The notes under the pieces are model-generated. The model had not been told where the DNA came from, searched no databases, and saw nothing but the letters and a program-made list of their open reading frames with translations. This document shows, in pieces, positions 19,811-30,450 of a stretch of 64,000 nucleotides of DNA. Every line of letters starts with the position of its first letter. Position 1 is the first letter of the stretch. A program made the position numbers and the translations under genes. Location: contig CAWCLO010000001.1 of assembly GCA_963796455.1 (NCBI GenBank), positions 1,120,001 through 1,184,000 of the forward strand, read 5' to 3'. The stretch comes from Candidatus Sulfomarinibacteraceae bacterium. GTDB taxonomy: Bacteria; Acidobacteriota; Thermoanaerobaculia; Thermoanaerobaculales; Sulfomarinibacteraceae.

Positions 19811-20230
19811 TTACAGATCTGACGTTTCGGCGGTCTCCGGATCCGTCTGCCAACGATCCCAGAATGCGCTGCGCTCCGCGCCATCGTCGCCTTGAGCCAC
19901 GAGATCGTGCACGACATCGAAGGTTGCGGCCCAGCCGCCCGGGGGAAGCTCGTCACCGATCACCAGTGCGGTCGCCCGATTGGGGTTGGCGGGCTCTCCC
20001 ACCAGGACCACCGGATCATCGACCTCCCCGATCTCAGGGGCCCACAGGATGTGGGGGACAAAGGCGAGTTTTTCGTAAGTCCACAGATAATCATCGAGGA
20101 TCTGGCGTCGGCCGGCGTCAGCCACCCACACCACCACCCGGTCGTGTTCGCGGTGCAGTTGGTCGAGCAGATCGGCCAACTGCCGCGCACGCTTGGGACC
20201 ACGCAATGGATGGAGCACGAGACGGGTCAC
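19811..20230 (-). CDS. holC: DNA polymerase III chi subunit
   Basis: LDDYLWTY...FVPH motif, size about 140 aa. Confidence 0.75.
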   Translation of the reverse strand: MTRLVLHPLRGPKRARQLADLLDQLHREHDRVVVWVADAGRRQILDDYLWTYEKLAFVPHILWAPEIGEVDDPVVLVGEPANPNRATALVIGDELPPGGWAATFDVVHDLVAQGDDGAERSAFWDRWQTDPETAETSDL

Positions 20231-20300
20231 AATTCGAGATTCTACAGCAGCGCCATTTTTTCACCTCTCCAGCGCCATTATTCGGTGTTATGTTTTGATC

Positions 20301-21611
20301 ATGAGCAGCACGAAAGACGACAATTTTGCCTACGTCATCCGCGGCGGGCAGCCTATTCACGGCACCCTGATCCCCGGTGGAAACAAGAATGCGGCCCTGC
20401 CGATGCTTGCAGCAACCCTGCTCGGCAACGGCCCGGTGGAACTCGGCAATGTGCCCGAGATCCGAGATGTGGGCGTCATGGTCGAGATCCTGGCCGAACT
20501 CGGCGCCACGGTCGAGAAAAGAGGGCCCGGCGTATGGTCGATCGACGGATCAACGGTGAAAATTCAAGCTGTACCGGCCACGCTGGCGTGCGAGATCCGC
20601 GCGTCATTCCTTCTCGCCGGCCCCTTGGTAGCGCGCCACGGTAGGGCTGAACTTCCTCGCCCGGGCGGCGATCGTATCGGCCGGAGGCCACTCGACACCC
20701 ACATCCACGCACTGGAAGCCCTGGGTGTCGATATCGAGATCTCGCCGGATCGATATCGGCTCCACGCCCCGGCCGGTCTGACCGGCACCGATATCTTCCT
20801 CGACGAAATGAGCGTGATGGCAACCGAAAACACCGTCATGGCGGCATCGGTGGCCAGCGGTACGACCACGATTCGAAACGCCGCATCCGAACCCCATGTG
20901 CAGGAGCTCTGTCACCTCATCAACGCCATGGGAGGCATGGTGCGTGGTGTCGGCACCAACACGCTCCTGGTGGAGGGACGACCGGATCTCGGCAGCTGTT
21001 CAGCGAAGATCGGCCCCGACCCGGTCGAGGTCGGGAGTTTTATCGGGCTCGCCGCAGTCACCGGAGGCGAACTCCGCATCGTCGATGCCGAACCCGAGAT
21101 CCACCATCGGATGACTGAACTGTGTTTTGGCCGCCTTGGCATCAAGTGGCGGGTGGTCGGCAACGATATCGTCGTCCCTGCTGATCAGGACCTCGTGGTA
21201 CAGGATGACGTCCATGGCGCCATCCCAAAAATCGACGACGGTCCCTGGCCGGCCTTCCCGGCCGACCTGACGTCGATCTCGGTGGTGCTTGCGACCCAAG
21301 CGCGGGGCACGATCCTGATCCACGAAAAAATGTTTGAAAGCCGTCTTTTCTGGGTCGACCGGCTGATCGCCATGGGCGCCCGGATCGTGCTCTGCGACCC
21401 CCATCGCGCGGTGGTTGTCGGACCGAGCAAACTCCACGGCCAGAACCTGGCCAGCCCGGACATCCGCGCCGGCATGGCCTTGGTGATCGCCGCCCTGGTG
21501 GCGGAGGGCGAAAGCGTCATCCACAACATTCGCCAGGTCGAACGCGGCTATCAGAATCTTCACCACCGGCTGCAGGGTCTCGGCGCGGACGTCGAGCGCA
21601 TCGAAGAATAA
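20301..21611 (+). CDS. murA: UDP-N-acetylglucosamine 1-carboxyvinyltransferase
   Basis: [33 protein letters not shown]; start set at ATG 20301. Confidence 0.95.
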   Translation: MSSTKDDNFAYVIRGGQPIHGTLIPGGNKNAALPMLAATLLGNGPVELGNVPEIRDVGVMVEILAELGATVEKRGPGVWSIDGSTVKIQAVPATLACEIRASFLLAGPLVARHGRAELPRPGGDRIGRRPLDTHIHALEALGVDIEISPDRYRLHAPAGLTGTDIFLDEMSVMATENTVMAASVASGTTTIRNAASEPHVQELCHLINAMGGMVRGVGTNTLLVEGRPDLGSCSAKIGPDPVEVGSFIGLAAVTGGELRIVDAEPEIHHRMTELCFGRLGIKWRVVGNDIVVPADQDLVVQDDVHGAIPKIDDGPWPAFPADLTSISVVLATQARGTILIHEKMFESRLFWVDRLIAMGARIVLCDPHRAVVVGPSKLHGQNLASPDIRAGMALVIAALVAEGESVIHNIRQVERGYQNLHHRLQGLGADVERIEE

Positions 21612-21617
21612 TCGCCC

Positions 21618-23351
21618 TCACTCCGGAGAGTAGATCTCCGGTCGATCGGGATAGAAGCTCCGAAGCCTGTCGCTGAGTGCCGCGACCTCCTCCCTGCTGT
21701 TGTGGCGCCGCCGCTGAAAGACCGTCACCGTCACACCATCATCGAGCACAAAGCGCTCCGGCAATGGAGTGAATGCGAGCGCGATATCGGTCCCAGCGAG
21801 GAAACTGGCCGCCGGCTCACCCACCGTACGCTGATCTTCGGGGCGAAGATGGTATTGCACCGGGTGAGCAACCAGCACCACATCGGCCAACAACAGACCG
21901 CGCGGAAAACCGTCTCTGCGATCCACATGCGAGGCGCCGAGAATTTCACTCGGCGATCGGTAGGAGGTGCCCATGGAGAGATTCGAAAAACCGAGCACAT
22001 GGTCCGACAGTTTTTCGGAACTGGAAAGAACGTAGAGATGTCCTGTGCGGCCCGCAAAAACCTGATCCAGATAGGACAGCAGCCGTTGCACCTCGGCCAG
22101 ATCATTTCGGATTTGCGGACGGATGACATCAGCCGGCAGCATGGGAGTCAAATGCTTTCGCCAGCCCGATTTTGCGGGCGCAAAGACCGCAACGACCGTC
22201 ACCAGACCAACAGCAGTCAATGCAACGAGAAACGCCCGTTTTCTCTTTCGTCTGACTTGGGAGGCGATCTGGACGAGAGCAAGACCGATGATCAGGAGAA
22301 TCTGCGGCGAGTAGAGATACCAATGTTGCGGAGAATGATCCTGAATCCGCACCATGATGGCAAATGTGCACACAAGATGTGCCGCCAGCAGAATGCCTGT
22401 TCGCCGCATTTTCGGGTGCATGAGCAAGACCGCGAGACACCCCGCCAGCACCACCAGACCGACCAGACCGAATCGACCGACAATGGACGCCAACCGTTCC
22501 GAGAAGCCTTCGTGGCTGTAGGCGCTGAACCGATCGGAGTAGTCGGTCCGCATTCGGCTCACGACAATCGGCGCGGCCAGAGCCACTACCGTCAACCCGG
22601 TGCTCATCAGAACGATGGTCAGACCCCGAACCGCTTGCCAAAACCCTCGCAGGTCTTTCTCCGGGGATCGCGAGAATCTCCAGAGCGCATCGGCCGTCAA
22701 GACCACGATGAAGGCCAGACCCCAGATGCCCCACCAGCGACGGAACAGCACCAGGACCGCGAGCAAAACCCCGGCGAGCATCAATGTCCGGTAGCCCTGG
22801 GAAATGAGCCCCTTCTGCCAGATCAATCCGATCACCACCAACGCCAGCGCCACCCCCCCGATACCGAGATAGCCGATGTAGATCGGCTGCCACACGGTGG
22901 CCAGCAACCCGAAGGTCAATGGCGCAACCCAGGGTGGCGGACGCGGCCCGATCCGGGCCAGCGCAAAGATGAGGGCTGCCGCCGCGGCGAAGCCATAGAT
23001 GAGGACGATGGCCAGGAGGTAGACCAATCGCGATCCACCAAAAACCACCATCATCAGCGAAATCGGGACGGCCGGCAGAAGATTCACGTCATCGTTGGCA
23101 ATGGTATGGAGAACCGCCCCGACAGATGCTATGGGATCGTCTCGCATCAATTGGGCCAGGCTTCGGGAGTAGGACCAATAGGCCACCTGATCGGCGTGAT
23201 ACAAGGTCCGTTCAGTTTGCATGAACCAGACGCTGAAGACCGCGACCACGAGGATCATCGCGAGAATCGGAATCAGGAGATCAACCGCCGGTCGTCGAAA
23301 GCAACCGCCCAATCCAATTTCAGCGCGCTGTTCGCTCGCTAAACTCATCAT
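21618..23351 (-). CDS. Polytopic membrane protein, possible GT-C glycosyltransferase-like
   Basis: About 10 hydrophobic segments, acidic loop after first TM (YHADQVAY), soluble C-terminal domain. Confidence 0.6.
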   Translation of the reverse strand: MMSLASEQRAEIGLGGCFRRPAVDLLIPILAMILVVAVFSVWFMQTERTLYHADQVAYWSYSRSLAQLMRDDPIASVGAVLHTIANDDVNLLPAVPISLMMVVFGGSRLVYLLAIVLIYGFAAAAALIFALARIGPRPPPWVAPLTFGLLATVWQPIYIGYLGIGGVALALVVIGLIWQKGLISQGYRTLMLAGVLLAVLVLFRRWWGIWGLAFIVVLTADALWRFSRSPEKDLRGFWQAVRGLTIVLMSTGLTVVALAAPIVVSRMRTDYSDRFSAYSHEGFSERLASIVGRFGLVGLVVLAGCLAVLLMHPKMRRTGILLAAHLVCTFAIMVRIQDHSPQHWYLYSPQILLIIGLALVQIASQVRRKRKRAFLVALTAVGLVTVVAVFAPAKSGWRKHLTPMLPADVIRPQIRNDLAEVQRLLSYLDQVFAGRTGHLYVLSSSEKLSDHVLGFSNLSMGTSYRSPSEILGASHVDRRDGFPRGLLLADVVLVAHPVQYHLRPEDQRTVGEPAASFLAGTDIALAFTPLPERFVLDDGVTVTVFQRRRHNSREEVAALSDRLRSFYPDRPEIYSPE

Positions 23352-23475
23352 CGAAGCCTAATGCACAAATTCCGAAATACCTACCATCCAGCAACGGTCC
23401 TGAGCGCCGCGGGCAGCCTTGCGGCGCGAGGAAAAATCTCTGTTCCGTCGCTCGATTCAACAGGACCCACCGATC

Positions 23476-24615
23476 TCACGCACCCTTGAGGGCCGCCAGA
23501 AACTCTGCTCCGAGCTCCTCGAAACGCCAGCCTGAGAGGCCGCCGGCAACCAAATCCTCCGCTGTCGAAGAAGTCGTGCAGGACACAGCGAGCTCGTTCA
23601 GACACCCGCGCGGGCACAGAAGACCGGGTTGGATTTTGAGCGCCTCCGCCTTGGCGTCGCGCACTGCGGTCAGATCTTTGAGGCGCTGTCTGACCTCGGC
23701 CTTTGGCGACGGCGATCGCGGCGCCCTGACGAATTCCGGGGCGCGATCGGGACTCCCCACGAGGCGCAGGAGTTCTCTCCCCCAACGACGAACGGCCCGA
23801 GGTCCCAGGCCATCCATGTCCGCCAGCGCGTTCATATCAGCCGGCGGATCGGTTGCCATCGCCATCAAGACTTTGTTGCCGAGAATCTTGAAAGGCGGCA
23901 CGTCCTTCGACTGCGCCATACCATCCCGCCACTCGAAGAGAGAGAATATGCGGTCGCGGTCCGCCCCGCGCAACGCGCGTGCGCCTTTGATCCGCTCGAA
24001 AGCTGCAGGATCGGCCACCACCGGGGTATGGCGAACATCCTCCTGCCGACGGGATTCATCAACAGCCCAGTTCCAGCGATCCAATTCCTCGAGCCGAAGA
24101 CGAAGCCGTTCAACCAAGCTTTCGAGGTAGGCGGTGTCGGCGGCGGCATATTCCAGGAGTGGAGCGTTGAGAGGCCGGCGGCCCCAGTCGGCGCGTTGGT
24201 ATTTTTTTTCGAGAGCAACGCCCAGTTCTTTTTCGAGCAGTGCGGCCAGCCCGGTCTTCTCTTCGCCAAGCAGTTGCGCCATGAGCTGGGTATCGAGGAG
24301 GCCGGCGACGCGGGCGCCATAGTCGCGGTCGAGAATCCGCACGTCGTAGTCAGATCCGTGCATCAAGATCGGTATCGAACGGTCGCCGACAATCTCCCAC
24401 AGAGGCTGCAGATCACCCGCTTCGAATACCAGCGGATCGATGATGAAATGCTCATCGTCTGCCGAGAGCTGAATCAGACACACCTTGTGAAAATAGGAAT
24501 GCATCGAATCGGCTTCGGTGTCGAGGGCAAAGCGGCCGGCGCGCACGCAGCGCTCCACAGCGCGCCGGACACCCGCGGTCGAATCGATCCACTGGGGACG
24601 AATCCTGTCGGACAT
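23476..24615 (-). CDS. rnd: Ribonuclease D (3'-5' exonuclease + HRDC)
   Basis: ALDTEADS, DTQ, QRADWGRRPL, YAAAD; start set at ATG 24615. Confidence 0.9.
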   Translation of the reverse strand: MSDRIRPQWIDSTAGVRRAVERCVRAGRFALDTEADSMHSYFHKVCLIQLSADDEHFIIDPLVFEAGDLQPLWEIVGDRSIPILMHGSDYDVRILDRDYGARVAGLLDTQLMAQLLGEEKTGLAALLEKELGVALEKKYQRADWGRRPLNAPLLEYAAADTAYLESLVERLRLRLEELDRWNWAVDESRRQEDVRHTPVVADPAAFERIKGARALRGADRDRIFSLFEWRDGMAQSKDVPPFKILGNKVLMAMATDPPADMNALADMDGLGPRAVRRWGRELLRLVGSPDRAPEFVRAPRSPSPKAEVRQRLKDLTAVRDAKAEALKIQPGLLCPRGCLNELAVSCTTSSTAEDLVAGGLSGWRFEELGAEFLAALKGA

Positions 24616-24760
24616 GGAGGGGGATGGTAGCAGACCGGTCCCCATCTCGATGCTGGATGCTCGAACCGCCACATAGCAGAGGGGCGGAGGGGCAAGGGGG
24701 CAGAGGGAAAAAGGGGAACCTTTCGGCACCGGTTTCGCACGCACGCGAATGCCGCCTCCC

Positions 24761-24882
24761 GATGTCATCCTGAGCGGAGCCCCAAAGGGGCGCAGTCGAA
24801 GGATCTACGGCGCACACGGGAGAGACCCAAGACCGCAGATCCTTCGACTCGGCCGTCGGACGGCCTCGCTCAGGATGACATC
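24761..24882. repeat. REP doublet (REPIN-like) with 16-bp terminal inverted repeats
   Basis: GATGTCATCCTGAGCG...CGCTCAGGATGACATC with inner IR AGTCGAAGGATCT/AGATCCTTCGACT; second copy at 44748-44869. Confidence 0.88.
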
Positions 24883-24892
24883 TTGAACGACG

Positions 24893-25000
24893 GTTCCGAT
24901 CCCGAGCCCGATCCCGTTCCCGAAAGGGAGAAAGGGGGAAAGGGAGAAAGGGAGAAAGGGGAAAGGGGGAAAGGGGGAAAGGGGGAAGGGGAAGAGGGAG
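24893..25000. repeat. CCCGWT hexamers followed by a GGGRGAAA octamer array
   Basis: Read directly; shorter homologue at 44881-44937. Confidence 0.85.
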
Positions 25001-25040
25001 AACCGTACCGGAAGCTCTGTACATGATAAGGAGCGGGTGT

Positions 25041-25160
25041 CCTCTGCTCCTCTGCTCCTCTGCTCCTCTGCTCCTCTGCTCCTCTGCTCCTCTGCTCCTC
25101 TGCTCCTCTGCTCCTCTGCTCCTCTGCTCCTCTGCTCCTCTGCTCCTCTGCTCCTCTGCT
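25041..25160. repeat. Tandem octamer array CCTCTGCT x15
   Basis: 15 perfect units; degenerate inverted arm GCAGAGGG at about 24676-24707. Confidence 0.97.
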
Positions 25161-25215
25161 CGACGAACCCATCTCGATCACGGTCTCTTCAAGGGAATTC
25201 CGCTATGCTTCGGGC

Positions 25216-25980
25216 ATGGGCAAGGCCGATTGGGGAGTCGATCCGGAGTTTTTCGGACCAAGGCACGCACACCGTGAGAACCGCATCATCAGGCGTTTGG
25301 CAGCGGATGTACAACCCGGCCTCCACCTCGAATGTGCAGCCGGAGTCGGTTCGCTCTCGCTCTCTCTCGCCGAGAGAGGTCATACCGTCGTTGCGGTGGA
25401 CAGCTCCTTGAGATCTCTCGCCGCCGCCTTCGAGCGCGCACGGAGGGCAGGTCGGGGCAATCGGGTGCACCCCGTGGTGGCCGACATAACGAATCTCCCT
25501 TTCAAATCCTCGGTCTTTCCGACCGCCACATCAGCCGAGACTCTCGAACACATCGAGGCGGACGGCGCCGCTGTTGCCGAGATGGCCCGTGTTCTCTTCA
25601 CTGGAGGGTGGCTACTCGGGACCGTGCCCGCGGGAAAGACCCAGTGGTCCGAGTGGGATGACTGGGCCGGACACATTCGCCGCTATTCGCCTAACCAGAT
25701 GAAATCGCTGCTCGAAGGAGCGGGCTTCGAACCCGAGGTCACGATGTGGGGTTGGCCGACGCTCCGACTCTACGACACCGTCTTCCTCAGGAGGGTCAAT
25801 CGCAGACGATTGCAGGAACCCGGCTCGATCGAAGAGGACTCTTCTCTGAGACGAATTGCCCGCCTCGGCGAGCAACGATGGCTGGTGGGAGTCACCCGGG
25901 CGTTGTTCTCGCTTGATCGCCTCTTTGACGGCTGTCGGTGGGGAGTCGGGATCCTGTTCGCCGCGCAGAAGAAAGGCTGA
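25216..25980 (+). CDS. Class I SAM-dependent methyltransferase
   Basis: LECAAGVG motif I, ADITNLPF, ETLEHI. Confidence 0.85.
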   Translation: MGKADWGVDPEFFGPRHAHRENRIIRRLAADVQPGLHLECAAGVGSLSLSLAERGHTVVAVDSSLRSLAAAFERARRAGRGNRVHPVVADITNLPFKSSVFPTATSAETLEHIEADGAAVAEMARVLFTGGWLLGTVPAGKTQWSEWDDWAGHIRRYSPNQMKSLLEGAGFEPEVTMWGWPTLRLYDTVFLRRVNRRRLQEPGSIEEDSSLRRIARLGEQRWLVGVTRALFSLDRLFDGCRWGVGILFAAQKKG

Positions 25981-25982
25981 TC

Positions 25983-27548
25983 TCAGGGCGCAGGTCTGTA
26001 TCTGGAGGTCGGCCGCCGCACCCGGAGACCGCCGCTCTCGACCCATTGGCGACCGACCAGCGATCGACCCCAGGTATCGGTGAGCACGATCCGCAAAAGA
26101 TAGTCCGTGGCCGGATCCGCCCCCGACCAGGACGCGAACTCCTCTCCCTCTTCATTCGAATCGCCACGGCCGATTTCCTCCGGGTCTCCAGATCGTCGCG
26201 GCACCGCCTGCAACCGCCACAAAGCCATCTCCGGGCCGCCGTCCAGGCTGAAGAGCGCGGCCGTACCGAACAAGGAGACCGGTACGGACGAGGGACGAGA
26301 CGGTGGATTAACGAGAAAGAACACCCCGATGAGCCCGTGACCAGCCAGGGCCGGTGTCGTCGTGACCGCGGTCTGATCGGCAAACAGGCGGGCCCTGTCG
26401 TAGGCTCCAAAACGCGTGAATGCACCCGTGGGATCTTGAGGATAGGGCAGAACTTCGCTGTGATGGAGCTCGATCGTGCTGTCGTGGGTGGCTTCGATCG
26501 TCGAAGTGATCGTGGAGTCGTAGACAACGATCTGTGACTGGTCGCGCGATCCGAAGAAACCACCACTGCCATCGATGATTGAGTCCTCGACCCGGACCCT
26601 TGAAGATCCCAGACTGAGGATTTCGCCGACAACCGAATCGAGGACCACGATCCGCGCCTCGTCTTCCGGATACAGATTCCAGGTATCGATGGAGGCATCG
26701 ACGAGATGCAGTTCGCGGTCAAACTCGATCACTTCGTTCTGATAGTGGGCACCGTTGACAAGATCCGCGATCACCGCATCGTTTGGCAGGAAGAACCCGA
26801 CCACGACCCAGTTGTCCTCGGAGATATCACGGAGAGTAAGCTTGCTGCCGCTGCGGATCAGCATCGGCCACAGCAGGGTTTTACAACGGTCGAGAGTTAC
26901 CCGCTGCAGGATGCCCGACGAGCCCTCGGGGGGAAAGCTCCAGTGGTCGATCATACCCGGCATCGGCGGCGTGTAGATCGCCTCCGAATCCGCCGGGAAC
27001 TCCACCCAGACCCAGAGCACGCCGCCATCGTCGTCGCGTGGAACATCGGCCAGAACCATCACGGAATCATTCTGCACGATAACTTCGAAATTCCCGTTGA
27101 GCCGCCGTGCCTCGATGCGTGCTTTGTCGGCCGACACCAGTTGAACATCCCCGAAATCAGAGTCCTCGATCACCAACTCGGCGTCGCCGGCGACCACCAG
27201 AGCGTGTTGCACCTGATTGGGTACGCGATAGTCGCAATCAACGATTTCGACCGTCGCCCGATCGACAGCGGCCAGGGCGAACTGACCGTGGTAGATGTTC
27301 ATGAATTGGATGACCGAGTTCTCGAGGTGTATGGACGAATCCGCCACCGCCCAGATATTTCCGGTCACCCTCAGACCGGGATCGGCCACATCTCGAACCG
27401 TCAGCGATCCACCCGCGGCGACGATGACATTCTCCACGTCCGTCGGTTCGGTGATGACCACGTCGGTGACGATGATCCATAGGTCATCCGCGGAGGAATC
27501 ACCGGCGCCAACCAACGCGAGCACGGCCAACAAGAGATACTTTTTCAT
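25983..27548 (-). CDS. Secreted hypothetical protein, beta-helix-like
   Basis: MKKYLLLAV signal peptide, beta-rich V/I/D/S repeats, basic C-terminal tail. Confidence 0.7.
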   Translation of the reverse strand: MKKYLLLAVLALVGAGDSSADDLWIIVTDVVITEPTDVENVIVAAGGSLTVRDVADPGLRVTGNIWAVADSSIHLENSVIQFMNIYHGQFALAAVDRATVEIVDCDYRVPNQVQHALVVAGDAELVIEDSDFGDVQLVSADKARIEARRLNGNFEVIVQNDSVMVLADVPRDDDGGVLWVWVEFPADSEAIYTPPMPGMIDHWSFPPEGSSGILQRVTLDRCKTLLWPMLIRSGSKLTLRDISEDNWVVVGFFLPNDAVIADLVNGAHYQNEVIEFDRELHLVDASIDTWNLYPEDEARIVVLDSVVGEILSLGSSRVRVEDSIIDGSGGFFGSRDQSQIVVYDSTITSTIEATHDSTIELHHSEVLPYPQDPTGAFTRFGAYDRARLFADQTAVTTTPALAGHGLIGVFFLVNPPSRPSSVPVSLFGTAALFSLDGGPEMALWRLQAVPRRSGDPEEIGRGDSNEEGEEFASWSGADPATDYLLRIVLTDTWGRSLVGRQWVESGGLRVRRPTSRYRPAP

Positions 27549-27573
27549 GCAGGAACTCGTGCTCTTTATGGTA

Positions 27574-28299
27574 TCAGCCGTTTCGAAGCTCCCGAAGAAC
27601 TGCCTGCTGGTCTTCGGTCAGGCGTCTCGCCCCCTCGCGAAAGGTGAGAGCCGACAGCTGGTGGATATGCTTCTCGAGGAAACCATAGGTGAGCTGCGGC
27701 CGTTTCTTGCTGACATCACGCAGGATCCATCCTATGGCCTTTCGGATAAAAAACTCACGTTCGTGCAACATGGTTTCGGCAAAATCAGCAAAGAGCGAAA
27801 AATCTCCGCGGCCGGCCCGGAGCATCGGCAACTGAGAGAGCATCGAAGCTCGCCGGATCCAGAAATCTCCGTCCCTCGACCACCTCCGCAGTATTGAAAC
27901 CGCCTCCTCTGGATCTCCTTCGACCAGGGGCGCCGCAACCTTGGTACACAACCAGTCAACCAGGGCCCAGGTGTGGGAACACCGCAGCAGTTCTTCCACG
28001 AAAACGAGATCCGCCAATTCGAGACTGCCCGTTCGAGCCTCGAGCAGCGCAACCGCAACCGCCCTCAGCTCGTAAATCGGACGCTGCCACAGTCCTCGCG
28101 CCACCTCGATCAATAGACGCCGATCCAGCTCCGGATGACGATCGAGAAACTGGCGGCCCACCGTTCTCAGAGGTTTGGCCGCGACACCCACAAACTCGAG
28201 ATCACTCTTGAGGTACGCCTTGGCGCCGCTTGCTCTGGTTTTGTTTCCGACAGCCCTCAGTGCAGCAAGAAGTTCGTCAACCAGGAGTTCGGTATTCAT
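27574..28299 (-). CDS. alkD: DNA alkylation repair protein (AlkD-like)
   Basis: KAYLKS, WALVD, FWIRRAS, EFFIRKAIGWILR. Confidence 0.85.
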   Translation of the reverse strand: MNTELLVDELLAALRAVGNKTRASGAKAYLKSDLEFVGVAAKPLRTVGRQFLDRHPELDRRLLIEVARGLWQRPIYELRAVAVALLEARTGSLELADLVFVEELLRCSHTWALVDWLCTKVAAPLVEGDPEEAVSILRRWSRDGDFWIRRASMLSQLPMLRAGRGDFSLFADFAETMLHEREFFIRKAIGWILRDVSKKRPQLTYGFLEKHIHQLSALTFREGARRLTEDQQAVLRELRNG

Positions 28300-28302
28300 C
28301 CA

Positions 28303-29154
28303 CTACAGTCCGATCGAGCCAGCCCAATCGACAATCAACCTCGCCACCACCAGCGGCCGCTCCATCGGTACGAAGTGGCTGCTCTCGGACACCTCGATCA
28401 CCTGCGCGGTGGGTAAAATACGGCGCACCCGCTCGGCCGCTGCCGGGAGGAAGGTGTCGGATCGGGCACCTCGAATAAAAAGCATCGGGAGGTCGATTTT
28501 CCGGAGCTCGGGCCAGAGGTCGGCCGGCGTCATTTGGAAGATCCTGGTCTCCCAGGCCTTTGGATAACGGAGCTTTACTTCGCCACGACCGGTCGCTGCA
28601 AATGCTGACTGGATGTAGTCTTCAAGCACCTCCGGGTCCCAGCTCGAAAAAACCGGTTTCCCGGACCACGACCCGCGAACCTCGTCGAGATCGGCATAGG
28701 ACTCTCGTCGCCGCTGGGCGCCCCGGATCAAAGGCAGGCGGTGGCTGAATCCGAGTCCTTTGAAGACTCCCCAGAAGAGCGAGTGGAAACCGGTGAAAAC
28801 GACGGGGTCCACGAGAACCAGGGCGCGATACGGCCCCGGATCAGCCGCCGCGCCCAGGAGATGCAGGACACTTCCGAGGCTGTGCCCGACTGCCAGGGCG
28901 CCACCGATTTCGCGGCGCCTCATTTCAAGCATGAGATCCCCGGCAAGCTCCCGCCACGAGCTCACTGCCAGGGGATCGCTCCCGGGCCAGAGGGGACGGG
29001 CGGCAAAGCTTGCAACCGAAAAGGAACGGCCAAGCTCTTCGAACAGGAGTCGATAGGTTCCGGGTGGAAAACCGTTGGCGTGCCCGAACACGATCTGCCG
29101 CCCGCTCCCGGCCCAGTCGGTCCAGGCCTCGCGTGGAGCTGCGGTCTTCTGCAT
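28303..29154 (-). CDS. Alpha/beta hydrolase
   Basis: HANGF, GHSLG nucleophile elbow, SHFVPME. Confidence 0.88.
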   Translation of the reverse strand: MQKTAAPREAWTDWAGSGRQIVFGHANGFPPGTYRLLFEELGRSFSVASFAARPLWPGSDPLAVSSWRELAGDLMLEMRRREIGGALAVGHSLGSVLHLLGAAADPGPYRALVLVDPVVFTGFHSLFWGVFKGLGFSHRLPLIRGAQRRRESYADLDEVRGSWSGKPVFSSWDPEVLEDYIQSAFAATGRGEVKLRYPKAWETRIFQMTPADLWPELRKIDLPMLFIRGARSDTFLPAAAERVRRILPTAQVIEVSESSHFVPMERPLVVARLIVDWAGSIGL

Positions 29155-29171
29155 GGGTGCCTCGCCTCGAT

Positions 29172-30356
29172 TCAGATCACACCGAGCTCACGACCGACCT
29201 TTGCAAAGGCCGCAACCGCACGATCGAGGTGCTCCACCTCGTGGGCGGCAGAAATCTGGACCCGGATCCTCGCCTGGTCCCGCGGCACCACGGGAAAACT
29301 GAAGCCGATGACGTAGATGCCCTCCACGAGCATGGCGTCTGCGACCTGGGCGGCAAGGCGGGCGTCGTAGAGCATGACCGGCACGATCGCGGTCTCGCCA
29401 TCGAGCACGTCATAACCGAGTTTCGAGAGCTTGTCCCGGAAGTACCGGGTGTTCTCCATCAATTTGTCACGCAGGGCGGTGGTGGCCGAGAGCATCTGGA
29501 AGACCGCGATTCCGGCTGCCGCAAGCGACGGTGTCAGGGTGTTCGAAAAGAGGTATGGCCGCGAACGCTGGCGCAGCAGATCGATGATCTCCTGGCGACC
29601 CGTCGTATAGCCTCCCGATGCTCCTCCCAAAGCTTTGCCGAGAGTCGAGGTGATGATGTCGACCCTCCCCTGTACACCGCAGTGCTCGGGGGTTCCCCGA
29701 CCCGTTTCGCCGATATAGCCGGTTGCGTGAGAATCGTCCACCATGACCATCGCGCCGTAACGATCCGCCAGATCGCAGATCTGATCGAGCTTGACGAGAT
29801 AGCCGTCCATCGAAAAGACCCCATCGGTGGCAATGAGCCGGCGGCGGTGTCCCTGGGTCTTTTTCAAGATCTCTTCGAGCTCGGCCATATCGGAATTGGC
29901 ATAACGATATCTTTCCGCCTTGCACAGACGCACACCATCGATGATCGACGCGTGGTTGAGCTGGTCGGAGATGATGGCGTCTTCCGCACCCAGGATGGTC
30001 TCGAAGAGCCCAGCGTTGGCATCAAAGCACGATGAATAGAGGATTGTGTCCTCGGTCCCGTTAAAGGTCGAGATCTTGTCTTCGAGCTCTTTGTGGAGAT
30101 CCTGGGTACCGCAGATGAAGCGCACCGAGGCCATTCCGAAACCGCGTTCGTCAAGGGCCTTTTTGGCAAAATTGATGATCTCGGGGTTGTCGGCCAGACC
30201 CAGGTAGTTGTTCGCGCAGAAGTTGATCACCTCGCCCTGAGGGACCGAAATGGCAGCACTCTGGGGTGAAGAAATAACCCGTTCTTCCTTGTAGGTCCCC
30301 GCCTCCCGAATGCCGTCGAGCTCGTCCCGGAATCCATCCCGAAAGGTGTCAAACAT
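29172..30356 (-). CDS. kbl: Glycine C-acetyltransferase (2-amino-3-ketobutyrate CoA ligase)
   Basis: [42 protein letters not shown]. Confidence 0.95.
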   Translation of the reverse strand: MFDTFRDGFRDELDGIREAGTYKEERVISSPQSAAISVPQGEVINFCANNYLGLADNPEIINFAKKALDERGFGMASVRFICGTQDLHKELEDKISTFNGTEDTILYSSCFDANAGLFETILGAEDAIISDQLNHASIIDGVRLCKAERYRYANSDMAELEEILKKTQGHRRRLIATDGVFSMDGYLVKLDQICDLADRYGAMVMVDDSHATGYIGETGRGTPEHCGVQGRVDIITSTLGKALGGASGGYTTGRQEIIDLLRQRSRPYLFSNTLTPSLAAAGIAVFQMLSATTALRDKLMENTRYFRDKLSKLGYDVLDGETAIVPVMLYDARLAAQVADAMLVEGIYVIGFSFPVVPRDQARIRVQISAAHEVEHLDRAVAAFAKVGRELGVI

Positions 30357-30450
30357 CAGTGATCCTCCTCGCACGATTCATTGCAGGTGACGATGCCTCC
30401 ACGGATGGCGGCGAAAAACTCAGTTGCGGCGGTGCGACTGAATCGATGCC

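Noticed and set aside
1071..25160. Tandem arrays as possible CRISPR arrays
   Set aside because: Units are 6-9 bp and directly adjacent, with no unique spacers, and there are no cas genes in the window.
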